A stretch of DNA of 57,426 nucleotides, filler included, from Ionaspis alba (Eukaryota): assembly GCA_964255285.1 (NCBI GenBank). It is 5 parts of 5 records of this genome, joined end to end, with 100 filler letters (N's around TTAATTAATTAA, not from the genome) between each part and the next. Parts side by side here need not be neighbours in the genome. Positions count along the whole stretch, not along the records: positions 11,544 to 22,971 come from CAXUUL010000555.1; positions 23,072 to 34,472 come from CAXUUL010000557.1; 3 more parts are not named here. One strand, given 5' to 3'. The notes under the pieces were generated by a model. That model ran no database searches. It worked only from the letters and a program-made list of their open reading frames with translations, and was not told the origin of the DNA. The position numbers and the translations under genes are program-made. This document shows, one piece after another, positions 11,662 to 23,268 of the stretch (positions within the stretch are counted from its first letter, which is position 1; every line of letters starts with the position of its first letter).

Positions 11662-14373
11662 CTACGCCGGTTCCGACCAGTCGACCTGATCCGTTATAGG
11701 GTCCATACCATCCTTAGTGTAGCTGACTTTTAATCTCAACCGTAATCTCCCTGGTAGTGCCTTGACAGCGTGTCAGTCAAGGACAAGCAAGAAGATTTCC
11801 TGAAAACTTACTCCAGTAGCAGCCGTAACTCTCATCTGTTGAACTGCTTCCTGTCCACCGTCCAAGTCGCTCTTGCTGATGACATTCAACTGCAGCTTCT
11901 GCGATTTCGGGACCGCGGCTTGTAGTCCGACTCCTGAAAAACGATCAAAGTTGCTTTCGTTTCGGAACCGAGCAAGAATCTGGGCGACCCCAGCATTTCG
12001 CTGTACCTGAAGAGAGAGACTAATGTCGTTCCGATTATATGCTTGGTGTGGAACTGCACTGGCTGTCGCAGTTTGTTGCGATACTCCAAGCAGATCATTC
12101 ATTCCAGACGCATTCTGCTGTGCTGCGGAGTTGCCACTACCATTTGAAGGATTCTGGGAGCCAAAGAGGCCCATGATGTCTTGGGCGTTCGAGTTATTAC
12201 CTTGTTTAGGCACAGAGGTCGAATTACCACCACCGAGAATGTCAGCGAGAAGACTGCTGTTATCCTGCGAACCATTGGTGATAGGGGTGATATCACTGCC
12301 GCCACCCATAAGGTCGAGGAGATCGTCCGTCTTGACTGGCTTGCCAGTTTGTCGTGCTTTCGCGGAAGCTTTTTTCTGTCTAGCGGACGCTTCTCCAAAC
12401 ACTCTTTGCTCCTCGCGAATCTCTGGCGGTGGCATCCTCTCTAATACACCCTTGCGGATCTCGTCGTAACCAAACAGGTTTCCATACTCGACGGCCCTTT
12501 GCTGTATCTCCACGCTCAGATCAGCTGTTCGACTTGAGAGAATTCTTCGTATCCGATCGACCTGGGCTGGATCTTGCAAACGATTGGTGAGCTTCATCGC
12601 AGAGGTTACGATATATTCCGATACGATTTGTGATGAATATGCACTGTTGAGGATGGTCGAAAATAAATCCACGATCTCGCTTTCCTCGACCTTTTGTACC
12701 AATTCTGCTTCTTCATAACCCCCGCCGCGAAGTAGAGCATCACCGTATTCGCCAATAACCCATGCACCCGCCAAAGTTAGGCCCTCTTGCGTGATGTCCT
12801 CTTTTAGGCTGGCGTATAGCTTCTGAACGCAGTAGGTCTGTTGCTCTGGGCTGGTAGCTATCAGTCTTACAAAGGACGAGAGTATCTGCTCTTTGACATA
12901 GTTCCCAGCAAGTTTAAGAACTCTTATCATAGTATCGACATGCCACCTCTTGTTGGGAGCGTACCGATCTGCAGCTACACCTATCTGGCTTGTCATAATA
13001 GGCTTGAATTCGTTGTCTGCCACTTCCAAAAATGCCAGTAATTCCCGAATAAGCAGGCTGACGTTGCCCGCATTAATAAGTGTAAAGCTGAGATCGAGCG
13101 CTCTGCGACGAATGCTAATGTCTGGATCTCTAAGACAGTCTAGAATGGTGTTTCGATGGCGTTGAACAGCGTTTGGCTCAACAGCCACAACTTTGATCAG
13201 AGTATTCAAAGCCACGTATCTTATGTTGTTGTCCTTATTTGATAAGAACTTCCCAAGAATGTTGACTCCCAGTACTCGCAGCCCTGAGTCTGCTTCGATA
13301 TCAAGGATTGTAAGTACAGCCTCGTACAATATTGAATTACCAACATTTTTTGAGGAGTCGGTGTTGGTAGCGACCTGGGCAAGAATATCGTTGATCTGCT
13401 CACTAGTCGTCGCATCTCCTCTGCCAAGTACTCGAAGTAGTCGTAGAATCCTGACTTGCAAGAATGGATCCGTAATGCCGGTCACGTCATGTTCTGGAGC
13501 GTATCCAGAGCTAGCTAAGCTCTTCAACGTCTTGACAAGACTGCCAACCAGTGGTCTGAATATCTCCACAATACCATCCTCCCCTCCTCCTGCTTCGTCC
13601 GCCTCGCACATACTGGTGACCAGGGTAAGACCACAAAGTAGAACTCCATGGTTTCGATCGTTCAAGAGTAATTTGGCGCTGTCCACGAAATGCTCTTGGA
13701 GATCTGGAACTTTCCGGCAGATTCGCATAGCACAAAGCGCAGCTTTTCGTCGTATGTAAGGATTGGCCGTAGCAATGAGCTTCTCAATCTCTGGAAAGAG
13801 GTCGCGAGACATCTCAATCGAAGCGATGTTTCCGAGTGTACATAGAGCAAGGCCGACGACATATTGGTTGGGATGATTCAGGTCGCTGTGCAGATCGAGC
13901 ATCAGCGCTAGGCAGGGTGGGACTTGATAGGAGCATTGACTCACTTCTTCAGAGAATTGGTAACCAAGGTCAGAACTTCTTGGTTCTCGTCCAGCAGTAA
14001 CATAGTTCCCAAGTAGCCAAGTCTCTTATCTGCGAACCGCGGCGAAGCCAGGAGCTTCAAGCACTCAATCTGGCCAAAGTGAGTCCGCTCACCGAGCGTG
14101 AAAAGGTAGAGAAGCTTCGCAACATTATTGCGTCTGTTATAGTCATGAGCCAACGCATTTTAATGGCAACAGTTTATCCCTAACCTGACGTTCGAGTCCC
14201 CGCTCTCTTCTCTGAAGCTGGCACGAATTGCAGCGCTCTCTTTCTGCACCACAGCCCGCTCATCTGCTATGGTCTTCGAAGCACGCACGTTGCGTATGAA
14301 CTGCTTCACTATGCTGCCAGTCAGTAGGTTGCAGTTTCGAATAATAGGAACGCAAGGGCTGACAGGAGCTCAT
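11662..14373 (-). CDS. APL4: AP-1 adaptor complex gamma subunit (gamma-adaptin)
   Basis: Spliced N-terminus [48 protein letters not shown]; adaptin trunk ([24 protein letters not shown]); gamma-ear [12 protein letters not shown]; ends [12 protein letters not shown]. Confidence 0.96.
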
Positions 14374-14925
14374 GGCGATAAGTTTGGGGTGCCCAATCCC
14401 CAAAGCTCTCTGGGCTTCCTCAGATCTGGTGCACCATTCGCATTCCCCTGACAAGTAGAAAGATATCGACACTCTAATATGAATCTTCTGTCGTCAAATT
14501 TGTTGATAGTCAACTAGGCATCCAGAGCAAGCACAATATCAGTGATTTGTGGCCGAAGAACCGTCAGCCCTATTCACCAAGAGCGTACGGCGCCACGAGC
14601 TTTACAGTAGTATAACGGATATTAGCGGCTGCCGCACTGCAGGCGTGACACGAGCCACAGCGCGTCTTCCCTGTGACTCGCGAAAGCTTTCTAGCTGTAC
14701 AGTGGTATACCGCCAAATCCAGGAATCCCTCCAGGCAACCAACGAAATTGTTGTCCTCCACTACCATCATACAAACTGTCGGCTTGAGATCAATGTTCTC
14801 GTTCTTGGAATATCATATTCATCCATCAGTTCAAAGCTGCAAGTGCTACTATCAGCGAGTCTCCAAAGCTAGCTTGAGCCAAGTCAACCGATGAGTTACC
14901 TTTAGCAGACCACGCACCCACATTG

Positions 14926-16797
14926 ATGATGGAGTCGTCCTCGATCGATGTAAGAGACACTGGGCATGATCACATATTACGACCACGAGCCGTGAAGCCT
15001 GGAAATCCTGGGGTTCTTCGGACTCAAAGCCACGAGCAGGCCTTGAAACCCAATGGATATATGGATATACCTGTATCTGGACTCTCCAGGCATGCTTCAC
15101 CCCTAGGTCGATAGGAGGATGCTCGCTGATTGCCTTTCAGTGGAAGATCCACACCGCTACCTCTAGATGCACCACCCTCTGTGCAATCGATATCCTCGGC
15201 TAGGAAGCAAATCCGGGCACAGCAGAAGCATCGATTGTTCCCTACAGTCGAATACTCTGCTCGGGTGTCACATTTTGATCCTAGGAGCGAGTATAGCGAT
15301 TTCAGAGGATTCTTTGTTCTCTTCTGGATTGGGCTTGCCATCATGGTTATCACAACCATGCTCAGGAACATCAAGGATACTGGTCTACCTCTAAGAGTGC
15401 GTCCATGGGCACTTTTAACCGCGAACACGTGGCAGTTGGGTCTCAGTGATATGGCTATGGTACTCAGTACGGGTCTAAGCGTACCAATGCAGAGATTCTT
15501 CCGCAAAAACGATGGCATTTTTCGATGGGCAAAGCTCGGAATGCCGATCCATAGTGCTTTTCAAGCGGCATGGCTGATCTTATGGGTGAACTGGCCGTTC
15601 ATGCTGAACTGGAAGTGGACTGCTCAAGTCTTTTTCACCCTCCACACCATTGTACTGCTTATGAAGATGCATTCCTATGCCTTCTACAATGGTCATCTCA
15701 GCACAACTGAAGATCGGCTCTCTGCACTAGACAATCCAGAGACCGCTTCTACGGCTGCTGCAGTGCGATATCCAAGTTCGAGCACGCATCTGAACGACAT
15801 GGACAAAGAAATTGAACAGAAGCAGAAGGCGGATGAAAAGGAAGCTTTGACTCAGCTGCGCGTCGATCTCGCTGTTGAGCTCACTTCCCCGTTGGGTCGA
15901 GTGACCTATCCAGCCAACCTTACTCTTGGAAATTACTGTGACTACATTCTATGTCCAACGCTCTGCTACGAGCTTGAGTACCCGAGGACTCCCAAGACTC
16001 AATGGATTGAGCTTTTCTGGAAAACACTGGCAGTCTTTGGATGCATCTTCCTTTTGACCATTACGAGCGAAGAATTCATTGTCCCTGTACTTAATGAGTC
16101 TGCAGTACGACTCGAAGGTGTAACGAAATGGTCTGATATGGGTCTCATATTGGCAGAAAGTATCAGTCTACTACTATTCCCATTCATGGTCACTTTTCTC
16201 CTTGTATTTCTGGTCATTTTCGAGTATGTTCTCGGGGCGTTCGCAGAGATTACGTGCTTTGCAGATCGACATTTCTACTCTGACTGGTGGAATTCTTGTG
16301 ACTGGTTGGATCCCTCATTACTCTGAACCCTTTTCTTTCAACCCTGATTAATTTGGTCCAGGCTCGAATTCTCCAGGGAATGGAACATTCCCGTCCACCA
16401 TTTCCTCCGTCGCCATGTCTATGGTGCTTCGCGGCCTTACGTCTCCAGGAGTACTTCTACTGCCCTGACGTTCCTGACCAGCGCTCTCCTACACGAACTC
16501 GTCATGGGTTGTATAACGAAGAAGCTGCGAGGTTACGGCTTCTTTGCCATGATGCTGCAATTACCGATAGTGGCCGTGCAGAGAACCAATTTTGTAAGGG
16601 GAAGGACACTATTTAATGTAAGGAGAGTCATGCGAACAATCAAGGATAAACCACTGATCTCATGGTTTCCAGAACATCTGCTTTTGGATCAGTATGATCC
16701 TTGGACTTTCAGTCGTATGTCCAATCCCATCTCTGTTCTTCCCATGGTACTCAAACTAACCTTATATTAGATGTGCTCTCTCTACGTCCTTGTATAA
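14926..16797 (+). CDS. ARE2: sterol O-acyltransferase (ACAT/ARE, MBOAT family)
   Basis: Motifs MKMHSY, CPTLCYELEYPRT, FADRHFYSDWWNS, EWNIPVHHFL and SALLHEL. The first intron appears to be GC-AG (15090-15140). Last exon MCSLYVLV-TAA. Confidence 0.93.
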
Positions 16798-17328
16798 GTG
16801 GCAGCTTGAGCTAAATGGACATATCATTGCTGGTCTGAGCCCTGAGGCGTACTTGAACTCGGTCTTTTTGGCACATATGATAGATAGATACCCTCTTTAA
16901 ACAATTGCAATTCTAAAGCGGAGATATCCTGCAGAAAGTGTATCTTCACAAACAGAATCAAGTCTATGGCGAACAGACTGAAAAAAACTCCATGTCATCA
17001 AGCGCGGTACAGAATGACCAATCTTCACAGCTCAGAAGGTCATCTTCAGCCTGAACAGTTCCGTAATCGTACTCGGGCTTGGTAAATGAAAATGCGAAAG
17101 TCTCGGTGCATTGCCAAATGCCAAAACCAATAGCCACATTGGCCCAAAGATAGACCATGCACCTCCTCTTAACTCATAACATTCTCCCAGTGCCCCAAGA
17201 ATCACGTACCAACGGACTTCTAGCAGTATGACCGTCTGCGCCGCAGCTCAACCGTCGACAACGCCAATACGAGGCACTCCCGAATACAGCCAATCCCTCG
17301 TGATCCATTATTCTCGTCCAATGCCCAA

Positions 17329-18588
17329 TCATTTTTTGACAACTTTATCTAACCTTCCCAACCAATCCTGCGTCTCCCTAACCAAAGCCCTTCTCCTCCC
17401 TCTTGCCTCGTCATCACCTTCCGTCTGTACCTCGTCCAACTTAAGTATGATCTGCGCCAAAATACTCTCACTTAGCTTCTTGTACTCGAAATCCCTCGTC
17501 TTGTGATCACTCGGCGGATTGTTCGTAAACAGGACACACTGTGGCACGAACTCGGTATGGAATTTCGACGACAGTGATTCAAGCTTATCCATTGGCGATT
17601 GCGGCCGTTGAGACTGTTGTGCAGGGGTGTTGGAGCGGGAGGTGTTCGTCGTGCTGGTGTTCATGGAGTCGGCATTGTTAGGATTGAGGTGGTTGGCAGA
17701 GGTAGAGGCAGGTTCTTCGCGGCGCTTTTTCCGGCCGCCTCGATGGCCTTTGCGAGACTTCTTTTGTCCTGATGAGCCACCGATGATAGTGCCGTCGACA
17801 TCGATCCGAACACCGCCATTGGGTACTCCGTTGGCCTCTCGATCGGCTCGTAGGATTTCGCTCTCGCTCGCGCTGTCCGAGGATTCGTCGTCGGGACGGG
17901 AGCCGTTGAGGGGAGGTTCGGAGATGACGCAGAGGAGCTCGCTATTCTGCTTGAGGCCTTCTTCCCGACAAGGGAGGGAGTCATCCTTGAGAGCTTTGCC
18001 TTTGTAGAGGAGCTTGATGCGTCGTGGGTCTGAGGTTTCTGTTTTCTCGGCGGCTTGCCGTCGCAGGTCGCCAACACTCAAGAGGCCTTCGCCAATGGCA
18101 TATGCAGGGAAGTGTAGGGGAAAGGTGCGCTGTTTATGCTTGAGGATCAGGATATCGGGGATATTTGGGTTCGTGGCATCGCTCCGGGAGGCGTGTCGAG
18201 GGAAGTAGCCGTCTCCAGGTGCATGGGTAGGCCGTGGTCGTGGAGGGTCAACGATGTCGTCTGGACCGAGATAATGGTAATCATCTTCTGTAACGTGTGG
18301 TGGAGAGCGTGTTTGGGCGACGCCAAAGGGGGAGAGGCGGCCGCCGAAATAGCTCCGCCACGAGGCCATTGCGAAGAGGAGGATGAGAACCGGGCCAAAA
18401 ACGCTGGCGATAAGAACTTCTGGAGAGGCGGCAGCTGCAAGATTGAGCAACGAGGGAAAGTATCTTTGGTAAATTGGTGGCTCTGGTTTTGGTGTCTGGC
18501 CTAGATAAATGGAGGCCTGCGCAATCAAGGATTGCAGCGGTTGAGGTAGGTTGTTATATAGCGATTCTAGTGTTGATTGAGCCAGCAT
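17329..18588 (-). CDS. BAG-family Hsp70 co-chaperone (ubiquitin-like plus BAG domain)
   Basis: UBL-like RRIKLLYKGKALKDD...EGLKQNSELLCVIS and BAG domain EYKKLSESILAQIILKLDEVQTEGDDEARGRRRALVRETQDWLGRLD. Start codon uncertain. Confidence 0.85.
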   Translation of the reverse strand: MLAQSTLESLYNNLPQPLQSLIAQASIYLGQTPKPEPPIYQRYFPSLLNLAAAASPEVLIASVFGPVLILLFAMASWRSYFGGRLSPFGVAQTRSPPHVTEDDYHYLGPDDIVDPPRPRPTHAPGDGYFPRHASRSDATNPNIPDILILKHKQRTFPLHFPAYAIGEGLLSVGDLRRQAAEKTETSDPRRIKLLYKGKALKDDSLPCREEGLKQNSELLCVISEPPLNGSRPDDESSDSASESEILRADREANGVPNGGVRIDVDGTIIGGSSGQKKSRKGHRGGRKKRREEPASTSANHLNPNNADSMNTSTTNTSRSNTPAQQSQRPQSPMDKLESLSSKFHTEFVPQCVLFTNNPPSDHKTRDFEYKKLSESILAQIILKLDEVQTEGDDEARGRRRALVRETQDWLGRLDKVVKK

Positions 18589-19037
18589 AAAGGATTTAGG
18601 GAATGCAGCGAGAGCCACGGTGACGACGAGAGAGGCAGATGAGCGGCCGATGGATTGTTGAAAGTCTTACGTGTACCATCAATCGGTGAGTGGGAGAGCT
18701 TTGGGGATGAAAATCTCATGGTGGGGTCGAAAGGATTCAGGCAAAAGTTTTGATGTTCCTCTAGTGGCGCAAAGCGAAAGGATGACGGTCTATAGAATCT
18801 ACACCACTCTCAATACCAGGAAGAATGTTTCTCTCAATAACTCGGATCAAAGATGAACACTCAAAGCAAGCTAATAATTCATCTGATCGGCTAGCTGCAC
18901 GATTCCGCAGAGGATGTCGATATGAATTACTACAAGTAAAGACTAATAATACTCATAATCCTATAGTCGATGCCTTGCTTGTCATTCGCCAGGCACCAGG
19001 CAAGCTATGCAACAAGAATGCTATGGAGGCCCCTTGA

Positions 19038-22034
19038 TCATACCATGAACGCCTTGCTACCCTCGACCAAACCATCACCCATCTTCGTGACAGCCACCCA
19101 AATGGGTGCAAATAGTCTGATTTCGTCCAATGCAGGAATCACTCCGGTTTTGCTTTCATCGTTCCACAAACAGACAACTCTGCCATCAATACCCTCTTCT
19201 CCAGCATGCTTTCCTTCGCTGACTTCCCACTTGACATTCACCTCCCAAGGTTTCTCCCAAGTCCTGCTCCATAGCCTGACTTCCTTGCTTCCATCCTCAG
19301 ATACCGGACGGAAACGACTATCTTGACCAGCGCCGTTGACGCTGAAGTCTGAGATGGGACGATTGAACGTGATTTTACATGACCTCGTGTTGAGCCCGAA
19401 CAAGTGGAAGTGAGCTTCGTTCTTGCCCTCCTCACGGGAAATATTGAAAGTCAACCAGTCCGTGTAACCGAATCGTGGTGGAACCTGATGATGGGTGTTG
19501 GGAACTACTCGAGGAGCAAGACCATCCCACGAGCATTCTAGAAGACCAGGTCTGGAGCTCTCGGCACAGTCGAGAGATTGGCCAGCGGCGCTCGGCAAGC
19601 TCTGAATGACTTCATCCAGGTATACGCGGCCCACTCCGGCCAAGGAAGCTTTGTTCAAACCGGTATCAAGATCAACCTTTTGCACAAAGTAAAGCTTCAA
19701 ACGATTGTTATCCGAGAAGGGGAACGCGACGAGATTGTAGATGAGTGTCCCCACGAATGCGCAGAGAAGGAAGGTAGGAATGTGGTAGGTGTAGCGATGG
19801 AGGAAAGGTCCAAGAGGCGCCAATAACAGTACAGAACAAATACCGACGAGCACGTAGATGACTAGAGCAGAGTTGCCGTCCGCTAGAGTCTGGTAGGTTG
19901 CGGAAGTAAGCAGAAGCCCTATCTGCCCAATGAGGATGACAGGAATTGGTGCGAGGAACAAGAATTGCAATAGCCATGTCCAGGCAGGCATTGACCAGCT
20001 CCACGCCTGCTCTTCGCCATATACTCGGCCTTTTTGGTCTTCGTCCGCTGCTTCCTCGTGCTCCGTGTCCTGTTCACTTGGTGGCACGGTGTACTTCGCA
20101 AATGAAGTTCGCTTGCCCTTGCGGAGTAGCGACGTGGACTCGGTGGCCTCCTCGTGTTCGCTTCCTTCAGGGTCAGCTTCTTCGACAGCTTCCTCGAGCG
20201 CAGGTTCCGGTAATCTGCTGCTTGCGACACTACCTGTCCGTGGGCTGGCACCGGCGTTTGTTGCCCCATCTTCGTTACTCTCATAGGTTTCTGCATAGTC
20301 CAATTTCTTGGGAAGGCCGAAGAGCTCGAGGAATGCAATACTCGTTGCCACGAAGATAGCTGCAAAGTAAAAGAATACAAAGTACCCAGCAGCAAGCTTT
20401 AGACGTTCTTCCAAAGCAGCTGTAACCACGAGTATAAACCAACCTCCTACAAACATCCACAGTAGAGCATAAGCTCGGTGGAATGCTGTCGGCCGAACGA
20501 AATCAGCAGCCCTGGAGAGAAACCACACAACAAAGAGCCAGGCGGAGAGCATCATACTCCAAACAGAATACGGGCTGCTATAGAAGATATAAGGATTGAT
20601 CTTAGCAATCAAGAATGCCAGGCCAATCACAGCCGCAGAGGCCGCAATGATGATGATCGGAAAACGGAAAATACCACGCCAGCCTTGCAAAGGTACAGCA
20701 TCGTCTCCTTCAGCGTGGTGATGGTGCTTGGACGAACTGAAAAGGTAGAGCTTGTCCAGCCTGAAGAGAATGACCCCGATAACTATAAGAACGATCGGAG
20801 CTACAACGAGCAACGTAACGGATAGCGCGAACAGTGTCTGGAGCTCGAAGACGGCGAAGGCTCGTCCAAGAAGATCAAACCAAACGCCATTGGAACCCTT
20901 GCCGCTGGGGACTTTGCCTCGATCAGGTTTCTTGCCGTCAAACTCAGAGCTTGTGTCACTGGTCAAGCCTTGCATGGTTGATAAAGCTGCCGAAAGCATG
21001 TGCCAAAGTGAACCAATACTGGTATGTCTGGTATCATCCTGATCAGTATGGTAACGAGATCTTGGTTCCATGAAAGCAACATCAAGTCCTCGCATCCCGA
21101 GGTCGCCGTCAAAGATTATGTAGTCCGTTTGACTACGGACGAAGCCGCGCTTGAATCCATCCACGCCGAGTACCGTGCCAAAAGGATATCTGCTGTTCTG
21201 GTAGAATCTAGTGACTTCAGTGTCGGTGCTTCTGAACAGGATAGCTCGACCACCCGCTCCACCGCCCTCCAGGTTCAAAAACGTATGCGGAAATTGAGAG
21301 GTCACATGCTGCGTGAAAGCCTTAGCACCATTAAGAAAATCCTCCTCGCCATTGTTAAACAGAGCTATGATCCCTCTCTTAGGCTGGTGTCCAGAAGTGG
21401 TGAAGTATTTCACGAGTTGGAGAATGGTGACTACGCCAGTGCCGTCATCCGTTGTCCCGTATCCCGTAGAGACACTGTCGTAGTGGGCATTTACCAGCAC
21501 CCCGCCTGGTCCTTTCGGTCTAGAACCCGACTTCCACCAATCTCCCTCGTCGTCATTCGTCCCACGAATGTAGACTATGATATTGGTGCCTTCGAAGTAG
21601 ACGCTGAGGCCAGGTGCCCCAAGCGAGGGGCCTGTAAAGGTGACATTCGATATCAGATCGTTAAACACAATCACCGGAGCAGTATCTGTGGTTTCCGTTC
21701 CCGATGTCCCACCAATGTTATCTTCGAAACCTAGTGACGTATATGCCGCTCCATTGGCTTGGAGTATATCATCTAGCCTCTGCAGCAGCCAATTCCTCAC
21801 ATCATCGTTCTTTCGACTATTATAAGGGTGAAAGCCATTGCTCAGTGTTTGGAGATCATGCCAGGCTTCCGTGATGTTGATCCCGTTGAATGGAACGGCA
21901 TTGCTTGGCGCTGAGGGGACAACGAGGTGGATGACGAGAAGGGTGATGACGAGTGCCGAATAGGTGAGGGATGTGATGATTGTCACTGGTAAGGGCGTGA
22001 AAGCAAAAGGGTTGTGGAAGAATCCTTTCTTCAT
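19038..22034 (-). CDS. PFF1: vacuolar membrane metalloprotease (peptidase M28, FXNA-related)
   Basis: M28 zinc motifs LVNAHYDSV, GTTDDG, FNNGEE, FLNLEG, SQTDY and YHTDQD. N-terminal TM helix and multi-pass TM region. ATG at 22034 (MKKGFFHNPFAFTP). Confidence 0.92.
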   Translation of the reverse strand: MKKGFFHNPFAFTPLPVTIITSLTYSALVITLLVIHLVVPSAPSNAVPFNGINITEAWHDLQTLSNGFHPYNSRKNDDVRNWLLQRLDDILQANGAAYTSLGFEDNIGGTSGTETTDTAPVIVFNDLISNVTFTGPSLGAPGLSVYFEGTNIIVYIRGTNDDEGDWWKSGSRPKGPGGVLVNAHYDSVSTGYGTTDDGTGVVTILQLVKYFTTSGHQPKRGIIALFNNGEEDFLNGAKAFTQHVTSQFPHTFLNLEGGGAGGRAILFRSTDTEVTRFYQNSRYPFGTVLGVDGFKRGFVRSQTDYIIFDGDLGMRGLDVAFMEPRSRYHTDQDDTRHTSIGSLWHMLSAALSTMQGLTSDTSSEFDGKKPDRGKVPSGKGSNGVWFDLLGRAFAVFELQTLFALSVTLLVVAPIVLIVIGVILFRLDKLYLFSSSKHHHHAEGDDAVPLQGWRGIFRFPIIIIAASAAVIGLAFLIAKINPYIFYSSPYSVWSMMLSAWLFVVWFLSRAADFVRPTAFHRAYALLWMFVGGWFILVVTAALEERLKLAAGYFVFFYFAAIFVATSIAFLELFGLPKKLDYAETYESNEDGATNAGASPRTGSVASSRLPEPALEEAVEEADPEGSEHEEATESTSLLRKGKRTSFAKYTVPPSEQDTEHEEAADEDQKGRVYGEEQAWSWSMPAWTWLLQFLFLAPIPVILIGQIGLLLTSATYQTLADGNSALVIYVLVGICSVLLLAPLGPFLHRYTYHIPTFLLCAFVGTLIYNLVAFPFSDNNRLKLYFVQKVDLDTGLNKASLAGVGRVYLDEVIQSLPSAAGQSLDCAESSRPGLLECSWDGLAPRVVPNTHHQVPPRFGYTDWLTFNISREEGKNEAHFHLFGLNTRSCKITFNRPISDFSVNGAGQDSRFRPVSEDGSKEVRLWSRTWEKPWEVNVKWEVSEGKHAGEEGIDGRVVCLWNDESKTGVIPALDEIRLFAPIWVAVTKMGDGLVEGSKAFMV

Positions 22035-22971
22035 TCTGTTGTATGAATCATCAGTGTCTTTGATTTTGCATATGAGAGATCTGGGTAGGAGATGCAGGGC
22101 GTGCTTGAACAAACCTGACGTTATCGAGTCACTCGTGGACAGGCATCTCCGATCGGAGATGCTCGGGGGGTGTTGTATAGTAAGGACGCACGATGAAAAT
22201 TGGAAGAATGGGTTAAAGAATGGTCCCGAAGAATATAGTACAAAGCTCAATCAGGTGGGTAACTCCTTCGCCGTCAACGATGTCCGCGTCGTAAGAAGCT
22301 ACAAGCACTGACCAGTCGGCAGCTTCAGCGGCGGTAATCATGTAAATAGTGGGGTACATTAGCCATCATTTGTGAAGAAGGTCCAAACGATGCAAAACGT
22401 GCAACCATGCCAAGTCATGTATCCAGCCGATTGGGACACTATGGATACTGAAGCTGGAGCAATATACCAAGTGGCTTGACCGTTGAAATTCTGCGGGATG
22501 ATGTTCATTGAAGCCAATCCCTTCAAATCTGACACTCGCACATAACTCACGTATGCCAATCTGCACCGAAAATGCTTCGAAGGTATTTCATCGTCCAGGA
22601 GAGAACGATCTACACAGACGTTCCGGCTCATTCACTAAATGGTAAATGTGGCCAAACGAAAGAACCCTATCTACAGGAAAGTTGGCGACAAGCGAGGAGG
22701 ATGAATGAAACAAACCAGTATCAGATGAAGAAGGCAATGGAGTGTGTGTAGTGAACGACCAAACCTTCATAGAGCATGAAAAAGTAGAATGAGACATCCA
22801 ATTCTTTGAATAAAAAGTAGTGAAAAGAGAACAGGTGATTTAGGCGTAGGAAGATGAGTGCCAACAGGCTCTATAAAACAGATATTCTCCGAACATAATA
22901 AAAACCATAAGAAACAGTCCAAGCGTGTCAGCACCATTAAGCCACTCCAATCAGCAGAGATCAAGGCAATT

Positions 22972-23071
22972 NNNNNNNNNNNNNNNNNNNNNNNNNNNNN
23001 NNNNNNNNNNNNNNNTTAATTAATTAANNNNNNNNNNNNNNNNNNNNNNNNNNNNNNNNNNNNNNNNNNNN
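22972..23071. other. artificial scaffold linker
   Basis: N44-TTAATTAATTAA-N44. Confidence 0.98.
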
Positions 23072-23268
23072 ATCACGTGACTTTCACGAGACAGGAAATA
23101 GTAGAAGCATCCATCTCTTATGCGTTTGCCATTTTGGAGATTTGATAGGGAATAGTCATCATCGACGTAGCGAGTAATCAAGCGAATTGATGGAATGACA
23201 CGTAGCAGTGATGTCAACCTGTGGAGTACTTGGAGAAACATAAAGTCGAGATGACATTTCAAAGGGTA

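Noticed and set aside
21024..21734. Long antisense or alternative-frame ORFs (e.g. 21024-21734, 6235-6945, 4953-5510)
   Set aside because: They overlap well-supported genes and show no protein motifs, so they are shadow ORFs.
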